A DNA stretch of 64,000 nucleotides from an uncultured virus (IMG/VR IMGVR_UViG_2860317346_000001). Taxonomy: Duplodnaviria; Heunggongvirae; Uroviricota; Caudoviricetes. Under the pieces are notes generated by a model. It was not told the DNA's origin, made no database searches, and worked only from the letters and a program-made list of their open reading frames with translations. Below are positions 35,401 through 42,901 of this stretch, one piece after another. Within the stretch, counting starts at the first letter, position 1; the number at the start of each line of letters is the position of its first letter. Position numbers and translations under genes: made by a program. The stretch spans positions 62,001 through 126,000 of IMG/VR virus record IMGVR_UViG_2860317346_000001; one strand, written 5' to 3'.

Positions 35401-38400
35401 TGAATCCATCGATTTTGCATCTACGTCGTTACCAACAACCGCTTTAACCAAGTTTATGAAATTTTTGTTTGTTTCGTCGAATGATATATGCGTTCCACCA
35501 GCCGTGAAACTTACACCAAAGTCGTTCAAGAACGATTCAACGCCAGTACCACCGGTACTTGACATTACTTTTATCGTCGAGTTGTTACCATCAACTACAC
35601 GTAATGTATAATCCTTATCGAACGTAATTTTGATTTTGTTCGTGAATTCGGATTTGTTGAATATTTCGGTAAATGTGGATGCGAGTGCGTTGGTTATAGT
35701 AGCTGATTCCAGTCTGGTTACGAAAATCAAGTTACCGAATACATAATTAATGTCTTCAAGTGATGTTTTCATACCACCTTGACGTGTAACGGTCGTTATT
35801 TTCGTTTCGAAATTATGTTTACGTCCAGAATTCAAAGCTTTCATGTAATCTTTATAATTATCGAGTGTAGCGACATTTTTGTCACCTATGTTAAATCTAT
35901 CGATAATACTCTGGATATACACACCCATACCCTTGTTACCACCCAAGGTTGCAAGTTTAGGTGTCATCGTTACGATAGGTAAGCTTGTATTCAGGTTTAC
36001 ACCTTGGTGTTCTAAATTGAAACCGGTAATCATACCATACATCGATTTAGAAATGCTTATAGGCTTTCCGTCGTACTTAATTACGGTCTTATCGCCAATT
36101 ACAGGGGATATACCGTTAGCTATATCAGCTAATGTCAGAGTCCTATTAGAATCAGTGTAGAATTTGTTTTTGTTACAATTGTAGTAACCGTCGTAGTTCT
36201 CAATCGTGAATAACGCCGTATTTGGTATGGATGTTGCCATATCTTTAAGTTTAATACTGGACGTACTAGGTAAGATAGCGTCACATATACCGCGGCCGTG
36301 TTTAGCCATTTCGGTCATGATTTTCTTTTCGTTTTTACGCATAGTAGTGTCATTGTTAACTAAGATTGAATCCTCGATTGTGTGCGCGGTTCCATCCCAG
36401 AACATAACGTTTGCACCAACTTCACCACCTGTTGAAAATGCAGGTGTTACGTTAGGTCGATTACGTGTAGTTGCTAGTTTTATGTACGAACCATAACCAT
36501 CCACAATGTTCAATAATGAACCAATGATAGCTTTTTCGTGTTTAGTCAAGATGTCAATCCTAGGTTGTGAAACGGCACCCATTATACCCGCTGGACCGCT
36601 GTTAATTAAGCCCATAGGTAAAACCGGAATTAAACCATCGTGTAATTTCGATTTATTCAGCAAATCTATTGTGAATTGATTCGAACGTAAAGATAACGCG
36701 TTCACAGAATCCAATTTTACATCAGCGATATTTTCAAACAACTGAGCATAAGTTTTACCATTAATAACGTTACCGCGACCCATAACCGTCTTGTATGCTT
36801 CTTCAACAGCATTCTGCATAGATGCGTTGATACTAGCTACTACACGTTTAGCTTCGTTATCATCTTTAATGGTTCCATTTAAAGCGGATTCGAACTGGTT
36901 TATGTATTTACTTCTTACGTTTTGAACTTCATTCATCAATTCAACGTTGAATCCACGCATTAAATCCATAGCTAACTCTTTGTTAGCACCATCACGTAAT
37001 TTAACGGATAAACTTGGAATCTTTAAGTGTGGTATACGAACTTTATCAGCAACGTCTAGTTTACCGGATAACGTTGTCGGTTTAACATCATCTATATCGT
37101 TAAATACGTTAATCTCAGCACCTTTAGGTACAATGTAAACCATGTTTGACGATGTATCGATGTAAACTTGTTTCGTTTTGGTGTTGATATCGTGACCCTG
37201 CGCTTTCAAGCTTTCAATTAATTTAGCTTCGCTTGTATACGCGTCAAGTCCTAATTGAACTCTCTTACCTTTTGACTTTGAACTTAATGTCGTTGTCATA
37301 ACTTTAGCGTCTTCTGTATATTCAGCGACGCCAAATGTTCGGTTCGTAGGTTCACCCTCAACAATAAACGTTGCACCCATGGCTGACTCTTTGATTTTCT
37401 TAACAGCCGGTTGTGTAATGTCAAACAACGCTTTAACGTTTGCATCACCACTCTTTGTGTCACGTAAATATGAATAGAAATCAACCATTCGGCTATCTTT
37501 GATTTCACCTTTCGAATTCAGAATACCTTTATGTTTCAGGTCTTCCGCGTTATCAGTAATTACACGTTGTAAGGTTTCGTTAAATTTCTTATATTCAGAT
37601 TTTTTGAAATTGTAATGTTGCGAAACATCAAAATCGTATTTACCGCTACGTTTAAACACATCAACTGAATTAGCCAAAACAACAGTATCGAGAACTTTTG
37701 AAACGTATCCCGGAATCTCAACGGCTTCACCTCTAAGGATAAGACCTTCTGCCGCGGAAATCGCTAACAATGTATCGTTAATAACGTCACTTCTGAATAA
37801 CGATTTACTCGAAATACCATAGTACGATGATATGTCATTAATGATTTTATTCAATGTATCTGCATCTTTACTGATTTTAGATAGTGTAGCTGCATCGTAA
37901 TTTAATAACGCCGAGTACGCATTGTTTGTAAGAACACCAGTACGTGCACCGAGGTTAACACCAGTACGTACTAAAGCTACGTGTGAAATTGCCATGTGTA
38001 CGAATCCTTCAGGTTTTCCCCTGAGCTCTTTATACATTTGTTTAAGGCCGTAGTCGTGTTCAGCTATCTCACCGAGTGAAACAGTTTTCACAACGTCTTT
38101 TGGGTTTTTTGCCAAATTACCATTTTTATCATAACCGATGATAACGTCTTTACCTTCACTAACAACGGTTGTGTATGTCGTGAATAGTAATCTACCGAGT
38201 TTGGTTATGTCGGAACCAGCTAAATCGTTCAACGCTTGTTTTACGTCTTTATTTTTCAAGAATTTACGCGCATTTGATTTCAGTGTATTGACGTCAACGT
38301 AATCACCACAGATTTTTGCAAGTGCATCATCCGTTACGCTACCGCCCGATGCGATATATAATGATGACGCCGTACTGTAACGCTTGTACGCTTCTTCTAA

Positions 38401-40677
38401 GTCGTTTAGTGATTTTTTCTCAACGTCTTTGATGTAAGCACCTAAACCGTCTAAACTTTTCTGTATTTTCGTTTTCGGAACTGAATACTTTATGGTTTTA
38501 GCGATTTTACCAAGGTCTACGGTTTTCAAATCATCGAAGTACGCACCTACGGCTAAGAATGATACCTGTTGATTACCCGTACTTGCTACAGTTGGACCCA
38601 TGATTTCTGATAACAACTGTATCGAGTGACCTACGTAATTTATGAGTGTACGTCTACCGATTAATCGAATTAATTCAGTGTCAACACCAGGATGTGTAAA
38701 CGAGTCGATTTTCTTCAACAATACTTTTTTTACAATTTTATCCGGGTCAGCTAACATACCTTCCTCATCTTTCACCATGAGGTCGGATAATTCTTTCGTT
38801 AATTCAAGCTGTAATTTCGCGATAGCCTTATCCAGATTCTTTTGTTCCGCTTCGGTTTTTGAATCGTAGATTTCACCGTAGTAGTTATCATCTTTCAGGG
38901 TTATATGATTGAATGCGATACCTACAACATCCGCGATAAATCGTGACGTGTTCAACTTATTATCCCTAACAGCGTTAGAAACGAATTGATTTACACGTGT
39001 GTGTATTTTACGGGTCGTTGCTGTCGATGCGAGTTCGATTGTCGTGTAATCGACTATACTTATCGGACTGTTTACGCTATTACGAACGGCTTCGATACGC
39101 TTATCAACATCTTTTATTTTTGCAATCGCATTAAATTTACGTTCCATCACCGCATTACCTTTGTGTATCACTAACATATCATCAATAACCGCATCAACGG
39201 TATCAGCGTATATGAAATATGATGGGTTTTCTTTAAGCGATTTAAGTAAATCTTTTTTACGTTTGCTGAGTCTTTTGTAAACACGTACATCTATACCGTA
39301 TTTATTTACAGCTTCTTCTGACGTATCTACTGGTTTTTTAGGTGCTTTCGGGTCAGCAACTTCGTATAAATCCTTGAAGATTAACGCGGTTTGTTGTGTA
39401 ATTTCAGCTTCATGTGCGAAATTAGCTTCATGAGATAAAATACGTAACGAAGCTTCGGCTGAATTCATTTTCTGAATCGAATACCTATTACCAACAAATT
39501 TACCATTTTTGTACTCTTTATCGAGTTTCAGAACTCTAACGTTTTTATACTGCGAAATCGATGGGATAGTCCTAACGGAGTCACCATCGAAATCCGCGTT
39601 TAACGGTTTCAACAATATCGGGTTGATAATTATAGCATTTAAGTTCGGGTCCTGAATGATTTTGATTTTCTGGTCTCTGTAACCGATAGCACCTAAAATC
39701 GGATACCTCATCATAATTGATGAATCACCGTCAATTAAGTGACGTTTACAGTACGCAACCAATTTATCAGCTTTATCAGTAGGAACTGAAAATTCTACAT
39801 TATCTATTGTGAACGTACCGACACCGTTAGATGTGGTATATTTAAACGCTGTGTTTACTTTAAATTTGTAAATATCGTTTTTCTGTTCACGAACCTTGGT
39901 TGTAGCGTTAATTATTTTCGACAGTATTTTGAAGCTAGCGTCGTCACCCATAGCCTTGTACGTATCCCTTAAATCTTCAAGCTCTCTAGCGTTGAATGCT
40001 ACACTTTTCACACAACCTTGCCGTGCACTTTTCGTTGAAATGCTTTTGAAATTAACTGGTATAAGTTGGTGTGTAGCGTGTTTTAACGGGACTAGTATAG
40101 TATCTGGTGGACACAACGGGCTAGGTACAATTGTCGACATCGGAGCAGACTCAGTGGTTTCATTGTGGATTGCACGTTCACCAAGTTGACCTTTAGCCGC
40201 GGTTAAGTAGTTTAGATTATCCATAGAAAATAAATCGTCTGGTGACGGTACCTGACCGTATAAATCCAGTAAATTCTGTGAAGAATTAGCTACTTTTGAC
40301 ATGACCATATTAACATCTATGTCATCGAACGCTTTATCGTTTAGAACGAACATATCAACGTCGGCATGATTCGAAATGATTGACCTAAGTGTATTAACCC
40401 TATTCATTGTAATCGGGTCACCTTTACAACCATTTATGGCGTGTAAAAATTCCCTAAATGTTTCGAGTTGGTATAACTTAGATGATATACCCACCGTGTC
40501 GTTACGTAGAACTAAATAACCTTGGTCAAATTGAATCGAGTAATGAACGGTACCATCCAATGTGGTAGTACCGTAGCTTGATGAAAATTCGAATTTACCA
40601 AAGTCTTTCACGGTAAACATCATATCCGAAATCAATGCAACGTTGACAAACTCTCTGGATATACCAGTTTGTGCCAT
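23470..40677 (-). CDS. giant tape-measure protein fused to two-barrel (beta'/beta-like) RNA polymerase; putative virion RNAP
   Basis: ATG 40677 with GAGGTG RBS, 5,735 aa; RYP..NP..LNADFDGD (39580-39600), bridge-helix-like segment (37905-38004), EDSILVN (36355-36375), KLATLGGNKG (35929-35958); Gly/Ala-rich TMP-like C-terminus (LPVVG...GDYFGAGLEVASG...PGIGTAASIGID). Confidence 0.9.
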   Translation of the reverse strand: MAQTGISREFVNVALISDMMFTVKDFGKFEFSSSYGTTTLDGTVHYSIQFDQGYLVLRNDTVGISSKLYQLETFREFLHAINGCKGDPITMNRVNTLRSIISNHADVDMFVLNDKAFDDIDVNMVMSKVANSSQNLLDLYGQVPSPDDLFSMDNLNYLTAAKGQLGERAIHNETTESAPMSTIVPSPLCPPDTILVPLKHATHQLIPVNFKSISTKSARQGCVKSVAFNARELEDLRDTYKAMGDDASFKILSKIINATTKVREQKNDIYKFKVNTAFKYTTSNGVGTFTIDNVEFSVPTDKADKLVAYCKRHLIDGDSSIMMRYPILGAIGYRDQKIKIIQDPNLNAIIINPILLKPLNADFDGDSVRTIPSISQYKNVRVLKLDKEYKNGKFVGNRYSIQKMNSAEASLRILSHEANFAHEAEITQQTALIFKDLYEVADPKAPKKPVDTSEEAVNKYGIDVRVYKRLSKRKKDLLKSLKENPSYFIYADTVDAVIDDMLVIHKGNAVMERKFNAIAKIKDVDKRIEAVRNSVNSPISIVDYTTIELASTATTRKIHTRVNQFVSNAVRDNKLNTSRFIADVVGIAFNHITLKDDNYYGEIYDSKTEAEQKNLDKAIAKLQLELTKELSDLMVKDEEGMLADPDKIVKKVLLKKIDSFTHPGVDTELIRLIGRRTLINYVGHSIQLLSEIMGPTVASTGNQQVSFLAVGAYFDDLKTVDLGKIAKTIKYSVPKTKIQKSLDGLGAYIKDVEKKSLNDLEEAYKRYSTASSLYIASGGSVTDDALAKICGDYVDVNTLKSNARKFLKNKDVKQALNDLAGSDITKLGRLLFTTYTTVVSEGKDVIIGYDKNGNLAKNPKDVVKTVSLGEIAEHDYGLKQMYKELRGKPEGFVHMAISHVALVRTGVNLGARTGVLTNNAYSALLNYDAATLSKISKDADTLNKIINDISSYYGISSKSLFRSDVINDTLLAISAAEGLILRGEAVEIPGYVSKVLDTVVLANSVDVFKRSGKYDFDVSQHYNFKKSEYKKFNETLQRVITDNAEDLKHKGILNSKGEIKDSRMVDFYSYLRDTKSGDANVKALFDITQPAVKKIKESAMGATFIVEGEPTNRTFGVAEYTEDAKVMTTTLSSKSKGKRVQLGLDAYTSEAKLIESLKAQGHDINTKTKQVYIDTSSNMVYIVPKGAEINVFNDIDDVKPTTLSGKLDVADKVRIPHLKIPSLSVKLRDGANKELAMDLMRGFNVELMNEVQNVRSKYINQFESALNGTIKDDNEAKRVVASINASMQNAVEEAYKTVMGRGNVINGKTYAQLFENIADVKLDSVNALSLRSNQFTIDLLNKSKLHDGLIPVLPMGLINSGPAGIMGAVSQPRIDILTKHEKAIIGSLLNIVDGYGSYIKLATTRNRPNVTPAFSTGGEVGANVMFWDGTAHTIEDSILVNNDTTMRKNEKKIMTEMAKHGRGICDAILPSTSSIKLKDMATSIPNTALFTIENYDGYYNCNKNKFYTDSNRTLTLADIANGISPVIGDKTVIKYDGKPISISKSMYGMITGFNLEHQGVNLNTSLPIVTMTPKLATLGGNKGMGVYIQSIIDRFNIGDKNVATLDNYKDYMKALNSGRKHNFETKITTVTRQGGMKTSLEDINYVFGNLIFVTRLESATITNALASTFTEIFNKSEFTNKIKITFDKDYTLRVVDGNNSTIKVMSSTGGTGVESFLNDFGVSFTAGGTHISFDETNKNFINLVKAVVGNDVDAKSMDSVIQAFGSVMKELYTANRGSTPVFLKNGSMSTKINGLVGLNMSVRLLKQMAEQKFVAGDLDDAANTISQRINAVQGIAEMSVQTLLDSNTKMGKVLYYEEYENGKLVDIKVLGFFGENAKIPAGVMHTCRDGVRRRLLTRDIILNENHAKWMRHLYDALYLSKKSNFKKGEFNLGDDWLELSLMTDSDDFMDSSDAINKIGGDLVQATMKVFHLGGIPGEGTPPDLMRMFFTPTDIMFDGDLKQLTYSGLDKAGKSELRAYLKSALEYALSDESMRERASSEVKFLFNFKTVASELNVILGQMLEQNPAYREYFTAEGRLNDTAKARLFVDLMGPLYRKFYKDENISDVVKFAETISKLYTFELVNKDAFDVVMKFNDKMFLSGVLAGIGFNATNSLNAPGAIRFGMLYQLFDLDGQSIFNHVLDEMFNGTNMKLPENADEKAAFVNDMKKMSKYISTLLYSEVGGMVPNDKRNVHLDSIISKLSELDTPRLNAFDPHRIALDVYGTLFDNIVRDSREASGGQRDTDRIRGALDNLNKTLEGYPERIGDVNNNEFIGSLLDSIRGINGRFQTLFSNDAGISPETRGIIFTQLRNAFGGRIDRSLMDATGEKLNMLLPMALQASGFGKHVMTSSLAGTYKAMMTSFDKNNMASMRDGKMYEVPHWLRYYYANQARNVNKFIGDSRFQFNTQDHSVSGLTASKLLENVPINGELATTNDYLQFRVAQERKMYSARFDTASSASELRGSAWFKDLAFSFKMLTAEFKHLGVSAVELADKYRVSVDLQGTSASTVREQLHEFNKLSDTTGMKFSYTTTEANARRLLQAGAVKEVVDGKSHYKVQGTDNEGNIVVFDNGQKKTLKGLSNRKLLVNDAGNDSYVTVNDYAKSEYVTSLSDDGVNILRGANRMERNKINSDAFKAFVKYAYQDMKFDADDKSFTRALSLDDLRKKWTTNNTSSTFGYDAISISNEELYGSIIGNRRNLDNMILYKMFQADFGHGANALEEFEREMFDSDGKLIKYEDGADTLYGHSRKKISAADMQTNRNMFRLGDENAKRFMFGDDETPGLINKASSLEDMFRMDRLFGVGTAIAGLDKNLSFTERKPNMIAVVSELSRMKNMVAKSTKNISNFGYGFDLTEDDLKKFQQAVLNTSEDATNTDKLRSKLVSLQAGMLDAKSGRVTNDIVNFIKGTTRDGANLNLAHMSTVNADDLMGYLFGFRLENTEKGSKVVPHKVSHSNMVTTYNKGSMYSMIPENLREAAEMSELLTTLNGNKNVSGDASGHFRNTYGNVMDYLLLKGSNYNATKNTVFNKALRNNLRLADVDVSAEQKEKLQKSMAYLKNLGKGEDGVNLFSIANNVMESFGKFDEALQSDTPLSGSVIYSNLMAYVNEFVQSRMDYMVARANVSDETQGHLDTIFSVADELTKGLLTDNKKYENSLKANIRAIEPTTIPAAALATGATSESINEVITTVQSLVNADKLDEAHEYLEGTYEVWSNKLNTHGKGMSEADTATAVKVNHALNALADVHRYGVFKKSGMATLRFNDESGLLSTAPYGRMSRIPAVQIADRYLSAIRNGSTYDAVAFDSVKDSAKGFVTDDTADMNKVARLYSNGKDSQFGSYDEFLNAMSYGEIKDVNGDVLSAGFNKAHFKSEEFSEGTAALFKVLGKKFQDLIATDTNTQKRATYDEKIGMMVDFANELIYAKKNEYYNKDGNVSYDDIEKELGVGKEDIDNITNMLGGDDTANITALQSIIGAVANMAASESIDIRDDGAVAILKNRFDENGNALDDEAIQLEFAGTSTLENVKGTKDKATLINYMSKMKEQLRAFTSSKVDVGGKQVPVLRMTPRDAMKAFNAQIADEFGVDAETINSLGFVSEEQIRAAQKGVALARARGSLQTMPGEYVVSDKHFRPSGDESNYIEEIKRYRKTLPEKVLMKGDMFDSATDVNMMNVMYELNGGDNYDGNDANWVPLISGNHDKGSGRHILIGTVASRGADTVFESHGVGDKKGLPNSEVIKQLREQGFKITGAYVNDNTHATDAGNKFHGANEWKNQTSSHMVFRDRVTGDVTVVDRADAHEYVKTHRDELGDGVEFAGGNTGGALDTAKAVIRTIVKGTPFTETYKNRIPDTDKNFIDLVSNMYDFRGMEYGAFKQLFEKTLNNGDRLRSVESVRGAVAMLKTFSDSSERNLGVESGVYDSFIEMISERKLKYGKLTNDDVKELGLIAIKKGIKDKDARKLMSDEFTNNLYDVNDSLAIHESKNGLAVYNPKSNVGSYQSLDRFKRAIDSASGYITNIFNKDLKSMHSTLNFVFDDLHELAKKNTSELNEEVIKRMEGASGGKDAKLLAGLSMADYLRNNLNRASTASMLETYATKSYLQVQNLDKTSNATQKAVADIVENIFDVATVKERQKEIATEAETALNDDNTSPEARDAYAAITDNVGKLVKVLDTGTRGMVSTYAATLSGNPYATAAMVLELGKMSASAGVAPEAMAKMQDFEGLDKIIGHNAGAYTFNVEGYGVTRVTDKALFSTDWDYAAKMKYDSIQRTMDSLSKIKQYKQIMRNQGVLTQNLPMANLPEYLQNSVLNLVNDNMQEVQRYSMMSVLSHVLNNANVPAPKGIMDSLEYVFDRKFDEPGSTKFEKVAGINEAEVGREQKRIENVKTVMRGMVGSELFGAGADARIQSGPDETANVKADLKRLKGGVGDNKRVSRAEFAQMVRDYSQTKTTNVEDLVLDDNTDTNETMTKKIMKLVHNADGNLSGEDLKTARGHVAKMLGDGFDESTISRKSADDIKTAVGNMGSDAIDEYNKAVRGMSGSFKTEAERLASKIEDGSLSDTEVQDVADIMNETLSNSVKNKVSKWLKTTEFGEIYNSTKAEYKNKGKSETWSGVRGALTATEKTLDLFGGKAMQMSSAMIGPLMGALGMLWSWQSVSGLKSMGRRSEGTLSEQLLKSQGFEVPYYGASGLDMARASGQASATLAKQGSAAEYAALVRADPTIFTVMNTQGVDEQAKLMEWYAKYASADAGQTVYLSGEYNTDSVDTLRSLYPNLGDGELEKLFAAQQGTKARAIVDENFGLESAALAEPMDAIKLNTGLMVDFLAALYNSVVTIVSLTGTNVETNRLLDYSREIEAFYQGKLDTDVITVAQGNSNVYEAAMGQMQGLYIRAAEAMGIAYTSIENVDTDNGGTTAASTGSNFKELGAILKQVEMGGRAGYAMQMVEASVSLIGIAQLGFARLAGLGAKSVWLLERIGAYLATGKRAVFGAAANTFNTLTGGNLNSGGNVAKTSMWQKTKNVAASGLGMLTGVLPFSKVENIEAKNINVKKQIDPIAAGTTINKNEPVSSVAAKERYSKKQVNAGANTTVVPIPTQESTTKKSWKARIFGDSKKQTTTTPHIDYGDDLSSERKFYKRQLGGYVATTALSMIIPSLLGESLAQYGIGDMAFSGMMMGSQLGMMSSSKYGALKGAATGFAAMNTVDQVTNNGLSLGSVVSSAGLAAMVAGGSGKAGKFGLPLYAVGMLANLGGSLLNGPSSDDTNNTAGLVPIKNFGALSSDFVELSTTPSTSDGGIVNNWNNSNNYGKAGMVASGILGIGGLYSAYKTVKGLISGKTGGTGGTGGTGGSQTLNKTSKILGNIGNIGKVFQKPAAMVGGLLEGPLGKIGSVFEKPLGGIGKIFQKPTAVIGNLLGDPLGKAGNAVAGVFDDFYQNGVGKGVQNLAGKTGIGKRLANAVDGATTGSKLGKGLRQKLLMGGMAGLLALTTVNASSTEDTESNTLNETLTSARSQTGDAYMGLAAGGLLSKIKSVRNLASGVLGKDTAKAIGKVGLKSLPVVGAVFNGIGAVQRGMEGDYFGAGLEVASGIADFIPGIGTAASIGIDSYLAARDVMKTKDQRVAQTNALGGYVKQTIMAPVYGAKALWDTGKNVANAAGSAFDVKNLITTSVTSLVDALKNSNGYLKNIFEVLEDVSTYMKTLVILQSTSSKF

Positions 40678-40687
40678 TACTACACCT

Positions 40688-42901
40688 CTAAGTTTTCGTA
40701 AGGACGAAATCTTCAACAGACTTCACGACGAATCTACCATCGCTAATATTTAAATAATCCGTAAATTCGAATGCGTAAATATTATCGAAGAATAAAAAAT
40801 CAGCACGTGGTTTGTCTATAACACTAGCACCTTTCACGATAATAACTGGATTACCGACAATAATTGGGTTATCAACGGTGACTGTATCACCACTGACACT
40901 GATTTCAGGTTTCGTGTATAAATGAGGAATAACGTCAAAATTAATATTCATTTCGGTCGTGTTTTTCAAATCAAATGTTTTTTCACAAACAAACACATCC
41001 CGGCTACCACGTACGTAATACTCGTATCTAACGGTAACCCTATTCCCAAATCTCATAGGTATGTTTATATAACTTACCATCGACGCGAATAGCGAGCCGT
41101 TAAGGTACCAATTACCGTGGGTTATGTCATTTGAATTTGGATGTGAAACGTGTACTTCTCTACCATTAAAGTTTGACAACATACCATGATTACACGTTGA
41201 AAACATTTCAATACTGGTCCTGATTTCTTGTTCACCTATGTAAAGTGTAACATCGGCTTTGTACTTACCAGTCGTATAAACCTCAATAAATTCCGTTTTA
41301 TTCTTCGGAACCATTTTAACGACGTTATCGGTTTTGATAATCATGTCACATGGCGCAGTTATGTAAAACCCATCCGTTGCTTCACGTACACCAAAGTTAT
41401 ATGACCCGAAATCAACATTAACCATTTTATAAAGATGTATTTTATCCTCATAGGTTAACCAAACGTTACACATACCGGCTTTCGTAAATCTAACAACGTA
41501 TGCGGTGTTATCGATATTCTCAACGATTTCGAGGTCACCAGTGATTACGTATTCACCTTCAAATGAATCAGCTGAATTTATCCGCATCATAGTTTTTTTA
41601 CCAAACACAGGTATTTCGTCGAATACGATGTCAACAAATGATGTTTTAGTAGTTTCATCAAGAACGTTAACATCAAACGAACCAACATATTTGTTATTAC
41701 TAACTTTATAAACGTTACACGTGAATTTACCACCTCGATTAAATGTATATTTGTTGATTTCATCACGTTTAAGCGAAATAGTATCGTTACCTGATGTTTC
41801 AATGATAACATCATCAAAAGCTAACAATTCGATGTATTCCCCTTTTTCAATTGTTGTATTGGTTAAAAACTGCAGTAATATACGTTCAGTGGACGCGTAC
41901 AGTTCCGTGTATTTTCGAATTGTGAGGTTTAACGGTGATACTTTAACGATTGAATATATCCTATACAACCCTGGTTCTGTATTAAATGTCACGTTGGAAC
42001 CATACATCGAAGTCGTTAATGTTTCCGTTATACCATCAACCTTGTAAACTTCAGTAATACTTGTACAATCGTTCGTACGGTTACATTTTTCCCATATAAC
42101 TTTATAATTCAACATACCAAGCTTCTGAATTGATATATCGGTCATAATATCGGTTAAACACGTATAATAAAACAATTCAACTTTACCAACGTAAATGGAC
42201 AGCATTTTATACTTGTCATCCGGTGCAAACTCCATTACAACATATCGGTCTTCGTGGTCATAACTATCAACCATATCGGGTGAAGATACGTATACAGCTT
42301 CCGTGTTATTTTCATCAGCGGTTATATTCATTTCGGACGAATCTATAACTATGTAATTACCGTATTGGTATAACTTGATTGTATCAGATACGCTTTTGTT
42401 ACAACAAAACGTTCTGACGATATTTTCGGATACGACCGTTCCACCTTTTTTGATTAGCTTAGATACCGCTCTAAATTGTACATTTTCATCGGTTATCGAT
42501 ACACTTTGTAGAACACCATCGTATATTTCGTAAATGCCATCAGTTACCGACACATAATACGTTTCGTATTTCTTATCATTAACATAATCGTATACGAAAT
42601 CGAGTATATCCGATCTAGTGACCGTAGATATACTAAACCCGTACGTTGGTTCGAGTGGTTTGTTGTTATCTATTAACATCGGCGACTTTACAGTATAAAC
42701 CTCACCATCTTTTAAGGTGTATTCACAATACGGCGTTCCGCTAATTGACGCGGATGCAGCCTTCAGGGTTGGAGCTTCTTCGACGTTGTTATTATTTTCG
42801 AACTGAGCTTCACCTGGTAAATATATCGTCGTATCGACGTCTTTATACAACTCACCCTCGCCATCAACGGCATATTTGTATAATTGTAACGTTACAGCCA
42901 T
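40688..42901 (-). CDS. putative tail-tip/baseplate protein with Ig-like repeats
   Basis: 737 aa, beta-rich, repeated FxxxGxY/F-x-V Ig-like strands; next to TMP. Confidence 0.55.
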   Translation of the reverse strand: MAVTLQLYKYAVDGEGELYKDVDTTIYLPGEAQFENNNNVEEAPTLKAASASISGTPYCEYTLKDGEVYTVKSPMLIDNNKPLEPTYGFSISTVTRSDILDFVYDYVNDKKYETYYVSVTDGIYEIYDGVLQSVSITDENVQFRAVSKLIKKGGTVVSENIVRTFCCNKSVSDTIKLYQYGNYIVIDSSEMNITADENNTEAVYVSSPDMVDSYDHEDRYVVMEFAPDDKYKMLSIYVGKVELFYYTCLTDIMTDISIQKLGMLNYKVIWEKCNRTNDCTSITEVYKVDGITETLTTSMYGSNVTFNTEPGLYRIYSIVKVSPLNLTIRKYTELYASTERILLQFLTNTTIEKGEYIELLAFDDVIIETSGNDTISLKRDEINKYTFNRGGKFTCNVYKVSNNKYVGSFDVNVLDETTKTSFVDIVFDEIPVFGKKTMMRINSADSFEGEYVITGDLEIVENIDNTAYVVRFTKAGMCNVWLTYEDKIHLYKMVNVDFGSYNFGVREATDGFYITAPCDMIIKTDNVVKMVPKNKTEFIEVYTTGKYKADVTLYIGEQEIRTSIEMFSTCNHGMLSNFNGREVHVSHPNSNDITHGNWYLNGSLFASMVSYINIPMRFGNRVTVRYEYYVRGSRDVFVCEKTFDLKNTTEMNINFDVIPHLYTKPEISVSGDTVTVDNPIIVGNPVIIVKGASVIDKPRADFLFFDNIYAFEFTDYLNISDGRFVVKSVEDFVLTKT

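Noticed and set aside
23486..40189. Many + strand ORFs antisense to the giant gene (and similar shadows elsewhere)
   Set aside because: Shadow frames of long real genes; no RBS, Ser/Leu/Phe-rich composition typical of antisense translation
40678..40716. ORF-track start for the giant protein (5,748 aa)
   Set aside because: Overlaps upstream gene; ATG at 40677 has a GAGGTG RBS
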